From Camelus dromedarius (lineage: Eukaryota), in contig NC_087436.1 of the NCBI RefSeq assembly GCF_036321535.1, positions 24,182,001 to 24,246,000 on the forward strand: a DNA stretch of 64,000 nucleotides. The letters run 5' to 3'. A program made the position numbers and the translations under genes. Shown here one piece after another: positions 13,544 through 28,543 of the stretch. The number at the start of each line of letters is the position of its first letter. The first letter of the stretch is position 1. The notes below the pieces were generated by a model. That model had not been told where the DNA came from and ran no database searches. It was given only the letters and a program-made list of their open reading frames with translations.

Positions 13544-14444
13544 AGCATTGTTATTCTAAGTGGAATTTCATTGAAACACTCTGTTTCACTACAAGCAATT
13601 GTAAAGTGTTTACCATCTAGGATAATATTACTAGCAAACCCACCTAACCAGGCACTTGTAAACCCATACTGTCACAATCCACTGAAGGGGAATGAGCAGC
13701 GTGGATGCCGTTGTTAACCTCGCTGTGATGTAAATTGCAGAATCAGGATACTTGAAATCCATATGTGTAAGGCCTGGCCTGTCTGATACCCCGTGTCAAC
13801 TCATGTACTAAATATTAGCAATGTTGAACTTCTATGCCTGTGTCATCTATATACATGCAAACACAAAATTCTCAATGTCCTTCCCACGCTGCTGTGGATT
13901 GTCTTCCAGACCCCTTGTGGTGCATCTCTTTCCACCTTATGTTCTGTTTGGTGGAACAAAATTTTCTAGGATAATGGAAGACACTATTTATTTTTTTTCT
14001 TCTGATTTTTGGAAGACCATCCCAAAGTCTGGTCTGAGAACCTGATCTCCCTGCAGTGCCCATTCGGCTGTGATCACTGCTCAGGTACACCAGACGTGGA
14101 ACACAGAGTTGGAAGCATTGTTCACCAATAGACACACCAAGACACGTGTGACTGGGTCCAGCCTTTTGCAGACCCCAGAATAATGAAAGGTAATGAGAAG
14201 AGCACATTCAGTTTGAGGTAAAAAAATTGGGACTCAAGCCGTCTGAGCTTTGTACTCTTTAATGCTGTTTCCCTTTTATAAATGAGTCCAATAAAAATTG
14301 CCCTGGCTATTTCACAGGCTTGTTTTAGGAATAATGCAGATGACCCCGGTGACAGACGCTGGACTGGCTATCCAAAAGCCATTCACAAGCCATTTTCCCC
14401 CTTGCCTTCCTGTCCCTAAAATAGTCACATTTCAAGAATTCCTT

Positions 14445-15020
14445 TGCACCCCAACATTCATAGCAGCACCTTTTACATAGCCAAGATATGGAAGCAACCT
14501 AAGTGTCCATCAGCAGATGAACAGATAAAGATATAGTGTGTATGCACAATGGAATACTACTCAGCCATAAAGAAGGATGAAGTTTTGCCATTTGCAACAA
14601 CATGGATGGACTTGGAGGGTATTATACTCAGTGAAATAAGTCAGATAGAGAAAAACAAATACTGTATGATCTCACTTACATGTGGAATCAAAAAAACAAA
14701 ATAAACAAATATAACAATACAGAAATAGACTCACAGATATAAAAAACAAACTCGTGGTTACCAGTGGGAAGAAAAAGAGGGGTAGGGCAAGACAGGGGTA
14801 GGGGATTAAGAGGCACAAACTACTAGGTATAAAATAAATGAGCTAAAGAATATACTTACTGTACAGCACAGGGAATAGAGCTGATAGTTTATAATAACTT
14901 TAAATGGAGTGTAGCCTTTTAAAAGTGTGAATTATTATGTCGTATACTTGAAATATATAATATTGTACATCAACTATACAATAAAAACAAAACAATAAAA
15001 CAAACACAGAGAAAACAAAA
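14445..15020 (+). mobile_element. Older L1 (L1MA-like) 3' fragment
   Basis: TGCACCCC...CAACCTAAGTGTCCATC...CAACATGGATGGACTTGGAGGG...A-rich tail. Confidence 0.85.
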
Positions 15021-15219
15021 ATTAAAATGCTCTATTGTGGCAATTCCAAAAAAAAGAAGATGAATCCCTTGCAGCTAGGGCTGGCCACCAGATCCAATTC
15101 TGGCCAATGAGATTTCAGGGAGAGGAGTGGGCAGTCACTGAGTGGAGCTTCTGGGAAAATGATGTAAAAGAGACTCCAGCAGGCATGCATGCTGCCTTCA
15201 TCCCTTATTCTCCAATCTC

Positions 15220-15785
15220 CTTTTCACACAGCCACCAGGGTGGGCTTTTAAAATAGTGAAGCAGATCATGCCATTGCCCGGTTGAATCTCTTTCCACTGC
15301 AGTCAGAATAACATCCGGACTACGTACAGTGGTCTGGCTCCCTCTCCCTCCCCAGTATCATTCAGTCCACCCTCCCCCACTCCCTGTCCTCCAGCCAGAC
15401 CTTCTGTTCCTCACACTTGCCAAAGGTTCTCCTGGCTCCAGGCCCTCACACCTGCTGATTCCTCTGCCGAGTGCTGCTCCAGCTCTTTGCACGGCTTGTG
15501 TGCCCTGTCAGCTCTCAACTCCTGGGTCTGCATTAGAGATGCCTTCCTTGACCATCCACCCTGTATCCTCTATCTCATCACCCAGTGTGCTTCACTGTTA
15601 CCTTTTATCCCAATCCAGTAATTCTGTGTATTTGTTTATCTGTTAGTTGTCTGTCTTCCATCACTAGAATACAGGCATCCCTGGGTACAGCCTTGTTCTG
15701 TCTTGTTTATTGCTATATCCTTAGCCCCTTGCATGGCACCTGAAACGTAGGAGACACTCATTCAATATTTGCAGAGTAAGCGAAC
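15220..15785 (+). mobile_element. L2 3' fragment (other L2/MIR relics at about 3200-4830, 5220-5990, 55770-56580, 57220-57870)
   Basis: Pyrimidine-rich L2 body ending in the typical ...CATTCAATATTTG / TGAATGAA terminus. Confidence 0.6.
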
Positions 15786-15950
15786 AGGTTTTCCCTATGA
15801 ATCTCCATCTTCTATTCATTACTTCTTCATTAAAGGAAAGGAGAAGCTGAACAAGAGTTCACAGTGGGAATAACAAGTGTCTTAACACAGGATATGTATG
15901 ATGGTTGGATGACTTCCAGGAAGGGATAATCAAGGAAGACAACTTACTAG

Positions 15951-15984
15951 CAAACAAAACAAAACAAAACAAAACAAAACAAAA
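15951..15984. repeat. (AAAAC)n pentanucleotide repeat
   Basis: Seen directly. Confidence 0.9.
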
Positions 15985-18119
15985 GTTAAGGGAGCGATTG
16001 TAATTGGCTGAGAGTGGAATATAGTGGAAAATACTGTGTCACCCTCATCGTCCGATAGCTATTTGGTTTTTTTGGTTGCTGTTTTCTTTTGCTTTTTAAC
16101 TTTTTTTAAAAACTGAAGTATATTTGATTTACAATGTTGCCTAATTGCTATTTGGATTGCCACAGCGGCAGACACCTTAGGGAGTCTTGGGAGGAGACGT
16201 CTGGAAGTGAAGGTGACCCAGCCAGTCAAGGTGGAATGCCTGCTTCTGACAGACTCAGCATCACGCGCCAGGGGTGAGGTGGCTCTCACTGTCCACTTAA
16301 ATTCCCACTTCTCTTTACTTCCCCTCCTTACGCGCCTCCTCTGTTTAAAACAACTGCATGTGTGTATATGTATATATATATATATCAACACACACATAGA
16401 CTTTATCATTTTGCAGGAGTTTTTGAAAGTAGTGGCTGATATGCTGAGTAATTTTCAAATGGCATACACTTAAGAGGATGATTGTGTAGGAAACAAATGA
16501 CAGTCAAATAAAAGATACTGACCACAAAGATATGGAAATTATTACCCATAATCAAGGCTACTATGAGCAGAAGACATGGCATTAGTTCCTCCTTTCTACC
16601 ATATAGTTATTGTTTTGTAGAACCCTTTCAAAGCAAGATGCTGAATACTTGCATCTGGAGCTCCTAAGATTCTCCCACTTAACCTCAATATGATTATCAC
16701 AACTAAGATAATTAATAGTCATTCCCTAATACCACCTAGCACAAAGTCTTTATTTAAATTTCCAAGCCCTCTTTTGAAAGTCTCACTCCACATCATATGA
16801 AATATATTAAAATGCACCCACAGTAGTTTTTACTGAAATAAAAAATTTTAATGATTTAGCTACAAGTAAGCCATTTAATTTGTAATCAATTTCTCAGCAA
16901 GCATGGTACATAGGCCTTTTGAAGGGAAATAATCTAAACTCCTAATTGTTTTTAAAAATAATTACAATTTTTGGAAATATTAACATTCTATCAATAATGT
17001 CAGTAAAATTGTTAGTTTGAGTCTGAGAGTATCTGATCTCAATTCAGTTCATAAGGCCGAAAAAGATTCTGGCTGTAGGAAACGTGGGGGTGAAGGCATC
17101 CAGAAGACGAAATACAATAGCTCACAGAGAAGTTTGTATTAGAAATGACTTTGTCAATGGCAAAAAGAAGCCCTACATACACTTCTAAGGGGATTTCATT
17201 AGTATAAATCAATTTAATAAAAAATGTGTTAAGGTACAAAAGGGGGCAGGTATTATTATAGACACATTATTGACCCCATTTTGCAGATGGGGAAACTGAG
17301 GCTAAGGGAGATGTAAGATGGTCTTGCCAAGGTTCAGCTGGCAAAACAAGACCTTGCTTGCCATCACAATACAAGAGAAAAAGAACTTCAGTATTTTAAG
17401 TTCATTATGTTTTTAAAATTAAGAAATGCTGGGTTTTTTTTTTTTAAGCTTAGCAAAGGAGTTAAAAGCAGAGTGACTTCATTTTCACTTTCATGTAACA
17501 AAACTCCCAGAAGACACACTTCCTCACCAGAGTCTTAATGCAGTATTGCTCTAGCATCCTGCCGGGCATGAATTGCTCATTTCAGCAAGCATGACTCAAC
17601 CATCACATTGGGAATGTTTTTCCTCTTGAAAGCCCTTGGAGCCAAATTGTTAAAGAATCAAGAGGAATCACTTAAGGATATGAGTGATTTTCACATGGTG
17701 AACATTTTGGGAAAGAGGGTGACTGTGGAGGTAACAAATGACATTCAAAGACTAGATACTGATTGTGAAGATGTGGAGATTATACATAATCAAGGCTGCT
17801 ATCGGCAGAATTAATGAAAGTAGTTCCTCCTCATTCCCACTGTAATATTCCAGGGAGGGATGAATCCAGGGGAGGATGCTTAGCATGAACCCTCAAGCAG
17901 TGGGTACTGCCTCTGTCTCTTCCCACAGCGGTGAAGAAGCACGTACCCACAAAGCCACGAAGGACACGCGTGCCACTGGCTCAGGTGGTTCCACAGATGC
18001 TGACCAAGTGTGTATGTAGGTCAGTGCTCTTCAGACGCTTCAGACCAGACACCCTTACCAGAAAAAGTGTGCGATCAGCACTTCCAATGCATGTTCATCT
18101 AAACCTGTGGTCACAATCT

Positions 18120-18213
18120 GGGGGGAGGGTATAGCTCAGTGGTAGAGCTCATGCTTAGCACGCAAGGTTCTGGGTTCAACCCCGGGTACCGCCATTAAAA
18201 TAAATAAATAAAT
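18120..18213 (+). mobile_element. tRNA-Ala-derived SINE (vic-1-like)
   Basis: A and B boxes, (TAAA)n tail; TSD AAACCTRTGGTCACRATC at 18101-18118 and 18214-18231. Confidence 0.9.
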
Positions 18214-18709
18214 AAACCTATGGTCACGATCCGTACTGATAACATTAAGTAGATTAAGAAACACATACAAAATAGAAATTTCAGGGATGAGATGAAATAT
18301 AGTTTTAAATAATCATTTTTTTTTCTTTTTACATAGTCTTGAAAAGCCTTTTTATTCTCCCACACGCCCAGGCCTATTTTGCCAGTATTTTTCAGGGAAA
18401 GTAGTGAGATTAAATATGCTTCATTATTTTGAAAATCTTGGTTTAATGCTTCATGATAAAGCAAGGCAAAGGTCTATTTCTAAATCCAGTTTATATCGAC
18501 ACTTGACTTAATACCAAAGTTAAGGGAAAAAAAGAAAAAAAGACCTCACAAAGATCCTTACGTCCAAACAGAACAACATCCACCACCAGGCTTATTAAAT
18601 CTGGAGGCTGAGTTTTCTGTTCCACCTATCAGCTATGCAAAGGCTTTTACTGGTATTCATCTGCTAGATGTCCATCTCCCCAACTTGTTCTTACAAACTA
18701 ACTGGGTGC

Positions 18710-18717
18710 TATATATA

Positions 18718-18767
<50 letters not shown>

Positions 18768-18784
18768 CATATATATATATGTGT
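18710..18784. repeat. Compound (TA)n(TG)n(TA)n microsatellite
   Basis: About 22 uninterrupted TG units. Confidence 0.95.
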
Positions 18785-19121
18785 AACAAATGGATCCAAA
18801 ATCTAGTGTAAGTCTTAGTTTGGGAAATTTCTAAACAGAATAGAAAATTATGACTTCTCAAATGCTCAACAGTATCTGCCATAACAAGGTACTTGCTAAT
18901 ACATCTCAGGGCACCACCACCGTCACCACCCTCGGCATTCTGTGGGGGCACCAGCAGGATCAGTATCCATCTTGGTTATTGTTTTGAGGGAATCCTTAGA
19001 CACCTCTTTGCTTTTGATCATCAGCCTGTTTAGATGTAAATAAACACATAAATATATAAATAATTTTTAAATGCTCAGACATAAGTTTTATAGACTTTAG
19101 AAACAAAAGCACATCAGATGG

Positions 19122-19935
<814 letters not shown>

Positions 19936-21498
19936 AAGCACATCAGATGGAAACATTTTCAAACATCCAACAGGAAGAGATAAAGCATGTTTGTTTTTTC
20001 TAAAAGTAACTATTCCGGTAGCATATTCCTTAGGATGAAATACATTCCAGATCTTCGTCATTAGAGAAACGGTCAACAATTTGAATCATGTCTTTTTGTG
20101 AAAGAAGACTCAAAGTCTTTTAATTACTCTGCCAGGAGAGAACCAGTGAGTCATCTGAACAGCACAAAGCATGTTCATGGTCACTCTCTGTGATGCTTTT
20201 TTTTTAAAGGTCCACAAGTTTTCTGAAAGGCCCCCATACACAGCTGTGTCTCCAACCTCCGGAGGCTTGAGCGATTGCCATTGGACATGAATGGAGCAGA
20301 ACTTCCGAGCTAACTGAGAAAAGGCCCTGGGGCTTCAGCAGGGTTATCTCAGGGCGCTTGCTCTGTGCATCTTCAGCCACCCTAGGAGAAGGCTCGCTAC
20401 CCTGAGGCCACCATGTGGAGATACCAGAGAGGAAGAGATGCTGGAGGAGGATCAGCTGTTTGGTGTCCCCTCCCTGCTGTTAGATGACAGCAGACCTGCC
20501 TCGCTGGACCACTCTCCCATTCCCGACCCACCACAACAGTGACAGATAACACATGGCTGTGGCTTTACCTACTAGGTTTTGGAGAAATCTGTGCTGCAAT
20601 AGATACTATCCATATATTAACTCATTCATTCTCACAATAACCCTACGAGTTATTGTCAGCCCCCTTTTAAAAATGAGAGGACACTGAGGCCTTGAGAGGC
20701 TTCACCATTAGAATATCTGGGATTCAGTCCCCAAGCAGTTGGACCTCAGAGTCTATGCGCAGTGTCCACAGCTTTTTGGAAAGAAGACAAACGCAAGGAT
20801 CAAAGGCATCGGAAGTGACAGGTCCCCGGGAGAAACCAGATGTGGAAGGTGAAGGGAAGCCTCAAATAGAGCCCAGAGGTTTTGAGGAAATGTAGGGAAA
20901 AAAGAGTTCAGGGAGGAGGATTATGAGTTTGGATTTTGACATGTTTCATTTGGGTGTGCCACTGGTACCTCAAAAAGAAGATGGAACACAGGGATTCAGG
21001 GGCAAAGTCAAGGCCCTGGAAGTGGGTTTGGGAATCAAGTGCTGTCTGAAGATATCATAATGGGAAAGGCTGTTCAGCCAGAAGAGAAGAGGAAGCAGGA
21101 CGAAGGCTTAAGGGGTGCTTCCGCATCTGGTTTATGATACACATGACCTTTTGTGATTAAGTTCCTATGTCTTCAGAATTTAAAAATGTGTGTTATTCAG
21201 CATCTGTGGATACAATGGGACAACAGACTCCATGAAGCAGACAACACTGACTAATCTTATATTTGCAGAACAACTTTATGAATTGCTGGCTTGAGAAACT
21301 GGATGTTCTCTGTCAATAAGCCAAAACTGCAGCAGACGCAACAGAGACTGGCAGAAATAAATGCCAGGAATACTGATAAACCACTTATAGACCTCAAGTG
21401 TCCCACAGAATGAATATATTCATTCCAGGTGAATATCTGGGTTTTAGGAGACCTGATATCTTTTTCACTTTAGTGGACCCTCTTTAAGAAAATGATTA

Positions 21499-22358
21499 CA
21501 TGACATCAAAAACAAAGGTAACGAAAGCAAAAATAAACAAGTGGGACTACATGAAATTAAAATGCTTCTGCACAGCAAAGGAAATCGTCAACAAAATTAA
21601 AAGGCAACCTACAGAATGGGAGAAATTTTGCAAACAACACATACAATAAGGGGTATTTAAATATTTGCCAATCACATATCTAATAAGGGGTTAATATCCA
21701 AAATATACAAGGAACTCATGTAACGCAATAGCAAAAATAAATAAATAACATAATTTAAACATAGGAAAAGGGCCTGAATAGACATTTTCCCAAAGACATA
21801 CAAATGGCCAACATGTACATGAAAAGGTGCTCAGTATCACTAATCATCAGGGAAAAGCAAATCAAAACCACAATGAGATAATACCTCACACCTAACCTAG
21901 GATGGTTATCAAAAAGACAAGAGACAGCAAATCCTGGCAAGGCTGTGGAGAAAAAAGGATCCTTGTACACTGATGCTGGGAATGTAAACTGGTACAGCAA
22001 CTATGGGAAACAGTATGGAGATACCCCAAGATATTAAACATAGAACTACCGTATGATCCAACAATCACACTTCTGGGTATACAAAGGAAACAAAACCATT
22101 ATGTCAGGGAGGCACCTATACTCCCATGTCCACTGCAGCCTTTAGCCACAATTGCCAAGGTATGGAAACAACCTAAGTGTCCACTGGCGAATGAAAAAAG
22201 AAAATGCCACACAAATACACACACACACACACACACAGAGGAATATTATTGTCTTAAAAAGAAGAAAATCTTGCCATTTGTTACAACATGGATGAATCTG
22301 TAGAGTGTCATGCTAAGTGAAGTAAGCCAGAGAAAGATAAATGCTGTATGGTATATTC
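21499..22358 (+). mobile_element. Older L1 ORF2-end/3' UTR fragment
   Basis: AAATAAACAAGTGGGACTAC...TTCTGCACAGCAAAGGAAA...GAAAAGCAAATCAAAACCACAATGAG; more diverged than the TSD-flanked copies. Confidence 0.85.
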
Positions 22359-22796
22359 TTCTGTCAACATCCTAGTGAAAGTTCTTTCTTCTAGGCTATT
22401 ACAGTAACCTGACTGGCCACCATGGCTCCATATCCACATATCCTTTCCCTTGCCACTGGAATTTCTCACATAAATCTGATGGTCTCACTCACTACCTTGC
22501 TTAAATGTTTTCATTGGTTACCCGCCGCCTAAATAGTAAAGCTCAAATGTTTCTGTGTGGCTATCCTCTTTTCCCCTTCCCTTCTTCAAAATTCCTTCTT
22601 CCCCAAACGTGGAATTCCCTATTTGATCTTTTCTTGGCTATTGGCCTTGGGCTGGGCACCTGACTCTAGCCAGGCCATCCTAGAAATTTTGATCTGGGAC
22701 TGATAATCAGTCAGTTTCTCTTTGGATGCCTGCAACAAGCAAAAATTCAGAAACAGTCAGTGGTCATGTTTTCTGCCAACTGAACCAGAAAAGTGG

Positions 22797-23199
22797 AAGT
22801 GAAGTAAGTTAGAAAGAGAAAGAAAAATACCACAAGATATCACTTGCATGTGGAATCTAAAACAAAAAAAAAAAACAAACAAAAAACAAACAAAGACAAA
22901 CTTATTTATAAAACAGGAACAGACTCACAGACATACAAAACAAACTAATGGTTAACAGTGGAAAAGGGGGTGGGAAGGGATAAATTGGGAGTTCAAGATT
23001 TGCAGATACTAACTACTATACATAAAATAGATAAACAAGTTCATACTGTATAGTACAGGGAACTATATTCTTATAGTAACTTACGGTGAAAAAGAATATG
23101 AAAACAAATATATGTATGTTCAGGTATGACTGAAGCATTGTGCTGTACACCAGAAATTGACACAACATTGTAAACTGACTATACTTTAATTAAAAAAAA

Positions 23200-23234
<35 letters not shown>

Positions 23235-23235
23235 A
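22797..23235 (+). mobile_element. L1 3' UTR fragment with (TA)n(GA)n tail
   Basis: Closely similar to the 3' UTR of the L1 at 2035-2440. Confidence 0.88.
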
Positions 23236-23780
23236 GTTCAGTTACAAAAGAGAGAAAATGAAGGTGTGCAGCAAAGCTGAGCCCAAAAGTAGGACACTGA
23301 GTGCTCAATCCCAGCTCTCCTTTGGGTCCAGCTGCATCCTTGTCCTAGAGTCTCACGTTGCACAAGTCAGACTCTTGGCAATAAATTCCCCTGTAGGTGC
23401 GTTTGAACTGAGTTTCTGACACTTGCACCCAAGTGCGTCCTAATTCCACTGCCTATGGCAACTTGGTGGTTCAACTACAACCCGCCTTGCGAGCTTCATT
23501 TCCCAGGTTCTGACCACCCCTTCATTTCACTGCACATTCACTCCTCTGCATCAGAGCCACAAGATCACACCATTCTCTGTGCTCACTGTCCTTTGTATTT
23601 GTCTCTTTAATTACATTTACCACATTATATTACAGAATTCCCATTTGTTAATATATTATTTTATAATGACAAATGCTTGATAAATCAGGTTATTTCAACA
23701 GACGAAGTGAATTAGTATTTGCCCCCAAAAGACTTGTCCAAATTACTGTCTTATTATCCAATTTAAAAAAGCAGTCTTTC

Positions 23781-25179
23781 CTTCAGACAATACTACAGAG
23801 CTACAGTAATCAAAACAGCATGGTATTGGCATAAAAACAGACATATGGATCAATGGAATGGAATAGAGAGCCCAGAAATAAACCCACACAACTATGGTCA
23901 ATTAATCTTCGACAAAGGAAGCAAGAATATACAATGGAGAAAATTCAGTCTCTTCAGCAAATGGTGATGGGAAAACTGGATAGCAACATGTAAATCAGTG
24001 AAGTTAGAACATTCTCTCACACCATACACAAAAACAAACTCAAAATGGCTTAAAGACGTAAATATAAGACAAGATACCATAAATCTCCTAGAAGAAAACA
24101 TAGGCAAAACATTCTCTGACATAAATCTTAGCAATGTTCTCCTAGGAGAGTCTACCCAGGCAACAGAAATAAAAGCAAAAATTAACAAATGGGACCTAAT
24201 TAAACTTATAAGCATTTGCACAGCAAAAGGAAATCATAAGCAAAACAAAAACACAATCTATGGAATGGGAGAAAATATTTGGAAATGATGTGACTGACAA
24301 AGGCTTAATTTCCAGAATCTATAAACAGCTCATAGAACTTAATAACAACAACAACAACAAAACCCAATCCAAAAATGGGCAGAAGACCTAAACAAGCAAT
24401 TATCCAATGAAGACATACAAATGGCCAATAGGCACATGAAAAAATGTTCAACATTGCTAATTATCAGAGAAAGGCAAACTAAAACTACAGTGAAGTTATC
24501 ACCTCACATCAGTCAGAAGGGCCATCATTCAATAGTCCACAAATGATAAACGCTGGAGAGGGTATGGAGAAAAGGGAACCCTCGTACACTGCTGGTGGGC
24601 ATGTAGTTTGGTGCAGCCGTTATGGAAAGCAGTATAGAGACTCCTCAGAAAACCAAAAATAGACTTACCATGTGATCCAGCAATCCCACTCCTGGGCATC
24701 ACCAGATGGAACCTTAACTCTCCAAAAAGACACATGCACCCCTATGTTCCTAGCAGCACCATTTACAATAGCCAAGACATGGAAACAATCTAAATGTCCA
24801 TCGAATGATGACTGGATAAAGATGCTGTAGTATATTTATACAATGGAATACTACTCAGCGATAAAAAAGAATAGAATAATGCCATTTGCAGCAACATGGA
24901 TGGACCTACAGATCGTCATTGTAAGTGAAGTAAGCCAGAAAGAGAAAGAAAAATACCTATGATATCACTCATATGTGGAATCTAAAAAAAGAGAAAGAAA
25001 AAAAAGGACACTATGAACTCATCTACAAAACAGAAACAGACTCGCAGACATAGTAAACAATCATGGTTACCGGGGAAAGGGGGTGGGAAGGGATAAATTT
25101 GGGAGTTTGAGATTTCGAAATGTAAGCTACTATATATAAAAAGATTTAAATAAATAAATAAATAAAAGCCAAAAAAAAA
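23781..25179 (+). mobile_element. 5'-truncated L1 with a shortened 3' end
   Basis: ORF2 C-terminus + partial 3' UTR; 16-bp TSD AAAAAAGCAGTCTTTC at 23765-23780 and 25180-25195. Confidence 0.95.
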
Positions 25180-25717
25180 AAAAAAGCAGTCTTTCATGAA
25201 CAATGTAATTTTGCGTTTGAATAATAGAGTGACTTACATATGAAATACAGTATGAATTTCAGAGGCCCCAGGTCCCAATCCACATTTTCCTAAAGGGCCT
25301 AAATCAGTAATCTGCATGTAGAAATGATCATCTTAAACCCACCATGTATTTCTTTTTCTTCTTTCTCATATATTTTATAGTTATTCATTCTGCTAAATTC
25401 ATTTACCTGTAAATCTAGAGATGTCAACCACTTTTGTAGTACTGGCCATTTGCACTGAAGTGTTTGTTCTTAAACAAGTTGGATTACTCAGCCTCTCAAA
25501 TAAAAAAGTTACCATATCAGCCATAATACTTCGGGCTTTTTCTTGAAAGGTTCTTTAACCCTGAAGGTATTTCCCAAAGAAATTTCCAGATGAGTTCGTT
25601 TCTGTTTGAGTCTAATGTATTACAAATTACCTGGAAGTCTGGGGAAAGAAGAGGTATGTTTTGTTTTATTTTGGATTCAACCTAGTAACCAAACAAAGAA
25701 AATAAACCACAATTTCC

Positions 25718-28102
25718 TTATGCCAAAGCTGGTTTATTGAACTTCATGAGGGCAAAGTTACAGTGACACTATTCCACAACAAAATTATTTAACTCTAGTT
25801 TAGACTTCATGAGGAAATGTATTAGCAATATACTGCCAATAAAGCACTGCTATTCATAGCTAACTGGATGAGCTTCCTTTGGTGTTCTCAAATTATGACT
25901 TTTCTAAAACATATCTGATGTTTTCAACTAAAGGTCACAGTTAAAATAAATTCACACAGAAGTTACAAAATGTGTGATTTGTGCTTTAAAATAATTAGTT
26001 GTTTGATAGCCACCATTTAGAAGTGATTTCTCAATAGTCAGTGAAGCATTTTATAAATATTTTGGAAAATATCTAAAAGCTTTATCCCCATTCAGCTGTT
26101 AAGTACGTTCTTTTTAAAAACAAAAGCATGTAGAAAAAACTAAAACCATAAATCACTATAAATGGGATACAAATATTTTAAAATTAATAAATATTAAAGT
26201 GAAAAAATCAGGCCTTTCACAGAACTGTAAAGGATACTTACTACTAACTTCTTACAAAAAGAAAGTTAAATTACCTTTTTTAAAAAACGATTAATAACAG
26301 CACTGAGAAAACATAAATGTGCTTGGAAAGTCTGTAAACTTTCTTCTTCCACTTTAGAAAAATGTTTTGATAAGCAATAAGCAGATTCCCTTCTTTAAAA
26401 AACTGTTACACCCACCACAATTGTAACAGCTGTCATTGTTTTACTATAAAAATAGTTATAAATCAACATTAATTTAGATAAAATCAAACCATTTTTAATT
26501 CCAGCATGGTAAGAAAACTGGATTAATCTCCTTAAAATCAAAGCCAATTTGTTTTCCTTTAAGCTCTGATGTTTAAAACAGAACAATTATTTCCTATAAT
26601 TATTACTTTCAGTTAGTTCATTTAATAGAATTATCTTGTTCTATAAATTATCCAGTCAGGACCACCATGATGATTAAACAGAAAATTCTACACTAGATTA
26701 GATTAGATCACATATTTAATTAGTTTCCCACATTCTGAAAATATTTTAAATATAATCACCTTTTGGCTTAATTTCCTCTAAAATGATTAAATTCAGCAAT
26801 CTTTCAGAATTAGTGAATATGCACACTTCAGTTAAAGGTCATGGCTTACAATTCCATTCATGTTAATAGCTTCATATGCAAGCTTACTATTTTCCATGTG
26901 CAAAGTCCTAAATTCAAAATAAAAGTATTTTTAAAAAAATTTTTAGGAAGTATTTAGGGTAAAAAACTTTATGAAATAGCCTTTCTACCACTGAGGGATA
27001 GACTAGATATTTTTCAATATTTAATTTATTTTTCATACTGAGGAGGAGTATCTTGTTACGACCGTAAAATTTAAAGATTTAAACAACCCACGTACTGTAA
27101 CACAGTACTATTAGAGAAATACATGTAGACACTTAGCAATTAGAGGTATGCCCTCAGTCCAAGTGGAAGATGATTTGCTAATTCAGCCTTTAGGCATTAC
27201 ATTGACTGGAGAGTGGGGGAGAGCAAGAGATACTATGTCAGATACACAGCTTGAAATTACTAAAAGCCAGGAATAGGTCTGTTGTGGTAGCTGGAACCAT
27301 GTTCACCTATTCTCTCCCAAATTACAACTCCTCAAATCTCTCAGTTAGTTTTTCACCGCTTAAAAATACCAAAACAAAGTATAAAGCACCTTATTATGTC
27401 ATGTCTTTTGCATTAAAATCTGATTTACTTCTGCATATTTTAAAGAATTTAGTAAGAAAACAATTCAAATTACTCTTTTAAAAATAACAATAATTTTTGT
27501 AGACCTGATTGATATTGATTAGAAATATATATCATCTAGAACTGTTGGAAAAGTCATTCTTTATGGACTGAGAACCAGAAAACATTTTACACCTTCTCTT
27601 CCCACTAGAACTAAAGTCTTGGCTCTAAAATATACCAATTATAATGCAATTACATAAACCAATAATACAAAGAAACAACTTGAGGGAGAGGCAAATATCA
27701 GTTTTTATCCTATTGAGAACACTTCTCATTCAAAGGACATACCAACAAATATACTAAACCCTTAATATATTTTTTCAATCCCAGGAACACAGGATTAAAC
27801 AATTAGTGACTCTTAAAATTCCATCATGTTCTCATGTGAAGCTTCCTTCATTGGGCTCTCAATGGAAAGATGCTCTGATTCATCCTAACCTCATTTCAAC
27901 CTCACTTGAAAACTTTTTCCTTGTGTTGTCACCCTGACAAACTTGATTAAGTAGGTACAAAACACAAAAATAAGCATGACAATGATAAAAAGTAAAGTGT
28001 CAGGACCATCCATTATGTTTCAGATTAAATTCTATGACTTTTCACTGTCATACTTCAAAAGTATTTGTCGTCAAAATTAGATAGTATAATAAAGACTGTT
28101 AT
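25718..28102 (-). other. RAB33B: RAB33B 3' UTR (about 2.4 kb, AT-rich, no recognisable repeats)
   Basis: Follows the stop codon and ends at the candidate poly(A) signal below. The 3' boundary is inferred. Confidence 0.65.
25733..25738 (-). terminator. Candidate RAB33B polyadenylation signal
   Basis: AATAAA on the minus strand, a CA about 12-15 nt downstream, then a U/GU-rich tract (TTGTGGTTTATTTTCTTTGTTTGG). Confidence 0.65.
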
Positions 28103-28543
28103 TTAGCACCAGCACGTCATTGAAGGCTTTGGTTCAGGCTTCAGGGTAATTCCGTTATCAGGGGGTTGACTAAGCATTAATGGTTTATGGCTCTTAAGCT
28201 TATGAGCCAAGGTCATAAATATAGCTTCCACATGGTCATTATCATTGGGGTTTTTAGCAGAGGTTTCAAACAAAGGCATACTGTGCGTGTCAGCGAATTT
28301 CTGTGCCAAGTCTGTGGGTACCTGAATGGCACTTCTCAAGTCACATTTATTTCCAACAAGAATCCTTGGTATATCGTTGGCTAGCAAATGCTGTTTGCAT
28401 TCTTCTATCCAAGACGGCAGGCTATGAAAACTCGCCATGTTGGTCATATCATACACGAAGACAACAGCATGTACATTTCTGTAGTAGTGCTGTACCATGC
28501 TCTTTCTGAATCGTTCTTGTCCCGCCGTGTCCCATAGCTGGAT
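28103..28543 (-). CDS. RAB33B: RAB33B coding exon 2 (aa 84-229)
   Basis: Acceptor TTTCAG|ATC at 28545-28544; [32 protein letters not shown]...VGNKCD...FETSAK...MTCWC*. It has the DTAGQ, NKCD and SAK GTPase motifs and a C-terminal CXC prenylation site. 83+146=229 aa; intron 10,139 bp. Confidence 0.97.
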   Translation of the reverse strand: MQLWDTAGQERFRKSMVQHYYRNVHAVVFVYDMTNMASFHSLPSWIEECKQHLLANDIPRILVGNKCDLRSAIQVPTDLAQKFADTHSMPLFETSAKNPNDNDHVEAIFMTLAHKLKSHKPLMLSQPPDNGITLKPEPKPSMTCWC

